Below, piece after piece: positions 62,819 to 64,000 of a stretch of DNA of 64,000 nt. A program made the position numbers and the translations under genes. Below the pieces are notes generated by a model that made no database searches, was not told where the DNA came from, and worked only from the letters and a program-made list of their open reading frames with translations. This stretch comes from Chlorokybus atmophyticus. Taxonomy: Eukaryota > Plantae > Mesostigma and Chlorokybus algae. Positions within the stretch are counted from its first letter, which is position 1. The number at the start of each line of letters is the position of its first letter. The DNA lies in the NCBI GenBank assembly GCA_009103225.1, contig RHPI01003156.1, forward strand, positions 102,537 to 166,536, read 5' to 3'.

Positions 62819-64000
62819 TGTGATGCTTATCAGAATTGGAATGATGCGTCGCGCGATTGACTGAGTCCCAATATCGCCCATTAAGGTAGCCGTGCCATGC
62901 CGCGCTAGTCCCGAATAGCATCCACACACTGCACTGTAACTGGAAGCACGATAGGCCATGATGGTGCACTATTATATTCCTACAAATGGTCGCATAGCCA
63001 TGACATCTCAACAACCTCGTCATTTTGCAGCACCAAGTGTGAACTTAAGGAGTGGTGCATTTTAAGCGGCGTGTATGTCATGAGCTTTACGGCAAGCCCT
63101 TATATTAACCGCAGCTTGCCATAGGTTCAGGCCGGCAGCTTCACTGGCACATTGCGCCGGGTATGAAAGGGACGGTGCAAGTTTGAGAGCAGGCTTTGTG
63201 ACTTCTTGCTAGGGCCACAAACAATGCCAACGTGTATATATTATCCCACACAACACTTAAAAATATCATGCCGGCTAGGCATCATTAGCGCCGTAGTGTC
63301 AGTTACTATCCCGCACCATGCAATCACTTGCAACACAATTAGGGCTGCGGCATGCTCAGCCTTGCAGCAAGAAGCAGGCAAAACATCGTAAATATGCGTA
63401 GTACATAAGTGCCTTGCACGCGCCAACGCCGTACTAACTACTTCATAACTTTGCTCAATACGAAGCATGCCGTGCTCATCGCAAATGGCAATGAGCATAA
63501 ATAGTATATATGCCCTTAAATGAGACTAAGAATTCCAAGTGGGCGCAACATGCGAGGTAAATGTTGTGACATGCACATACTCTATGAACCCACATGCTTA
63601 TAAACCCTTGTACCTACAAAGGCTATGCCATCACAGTGTGGATATCTCTAAATATGATCACGTTGCAATCTGATGGTCGCGAACTTGTAGACAATATGTT
63701 GCCAGCAATAATGTGGTGTCGTGTAGTGATGAATTTCATCGAATGCATGCGCATTAATTGTGACATCAAAATGGCATTGTGAGTGTAACCCACTTAAGTC
63801 TTTTTATACGCGCAATATCTCATCACCCGTTACCATGATTTATGATAGCCGAGTTATGAGCTTAAGCTAGGGTTTGATTGTCACTTCTATGCTATAGTAT
63901 ACTCATCAACCCATCACCTGGCATGCATATGCTAGGTGCAGCTTGCACAAACCTTTGTCCGAGGTTATTGCGTGCAAAGTCATAAGCCTACCGCTATTTA

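Noticed and set aside
62824-64000. Short ORFs after element A
   Set aside because: No motifs, splice structure or codon-like pattern support them.

Overview
This is a eukaryotic, intron-rich window, most likely from a green alga (inferred from a nuclear chloroplast SecY gene with a transit peptide, a GAF-GAF phosphodiesterase, GT-AG introns and TGTAA motifs in 3' UTRs). It starts with a truncated LTR-retrotransposon remnant next to a hairpin-rich stretch. Housekeeping genes follow: GAF-PDE, a neuferricin/MAPR4-like cytochrome b5 protein, gamma-glutamyl transpeptidase, cpSecY and SEC1/KEULE. The interval ~21-35 kb is a mosaic of duplicated gene pieces. It holds three damaged copies of a coiled-coil plus probable PD-(D/E)xK nuclease-like gene, one of them forming a 287-bp fold-back, and several partial copies of an ER-type FKBP plus saposin-like gene. 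From 50.2 to 62.8 kb lie two nested chromodomain-bearing Ty3/Gypsy elements. The older one is degenerate and carries a possible Dam-like methyltransferase relic between gag and protease. The younger one has a single open reading frame that lacks a protease, and it sits exactly at the LTR/PBS junction of the older element. All family assignments come from motif recognition by eye; no database search was run. Several single Ns, one N-gap and two long (CT)n tracts mark assembly joins.
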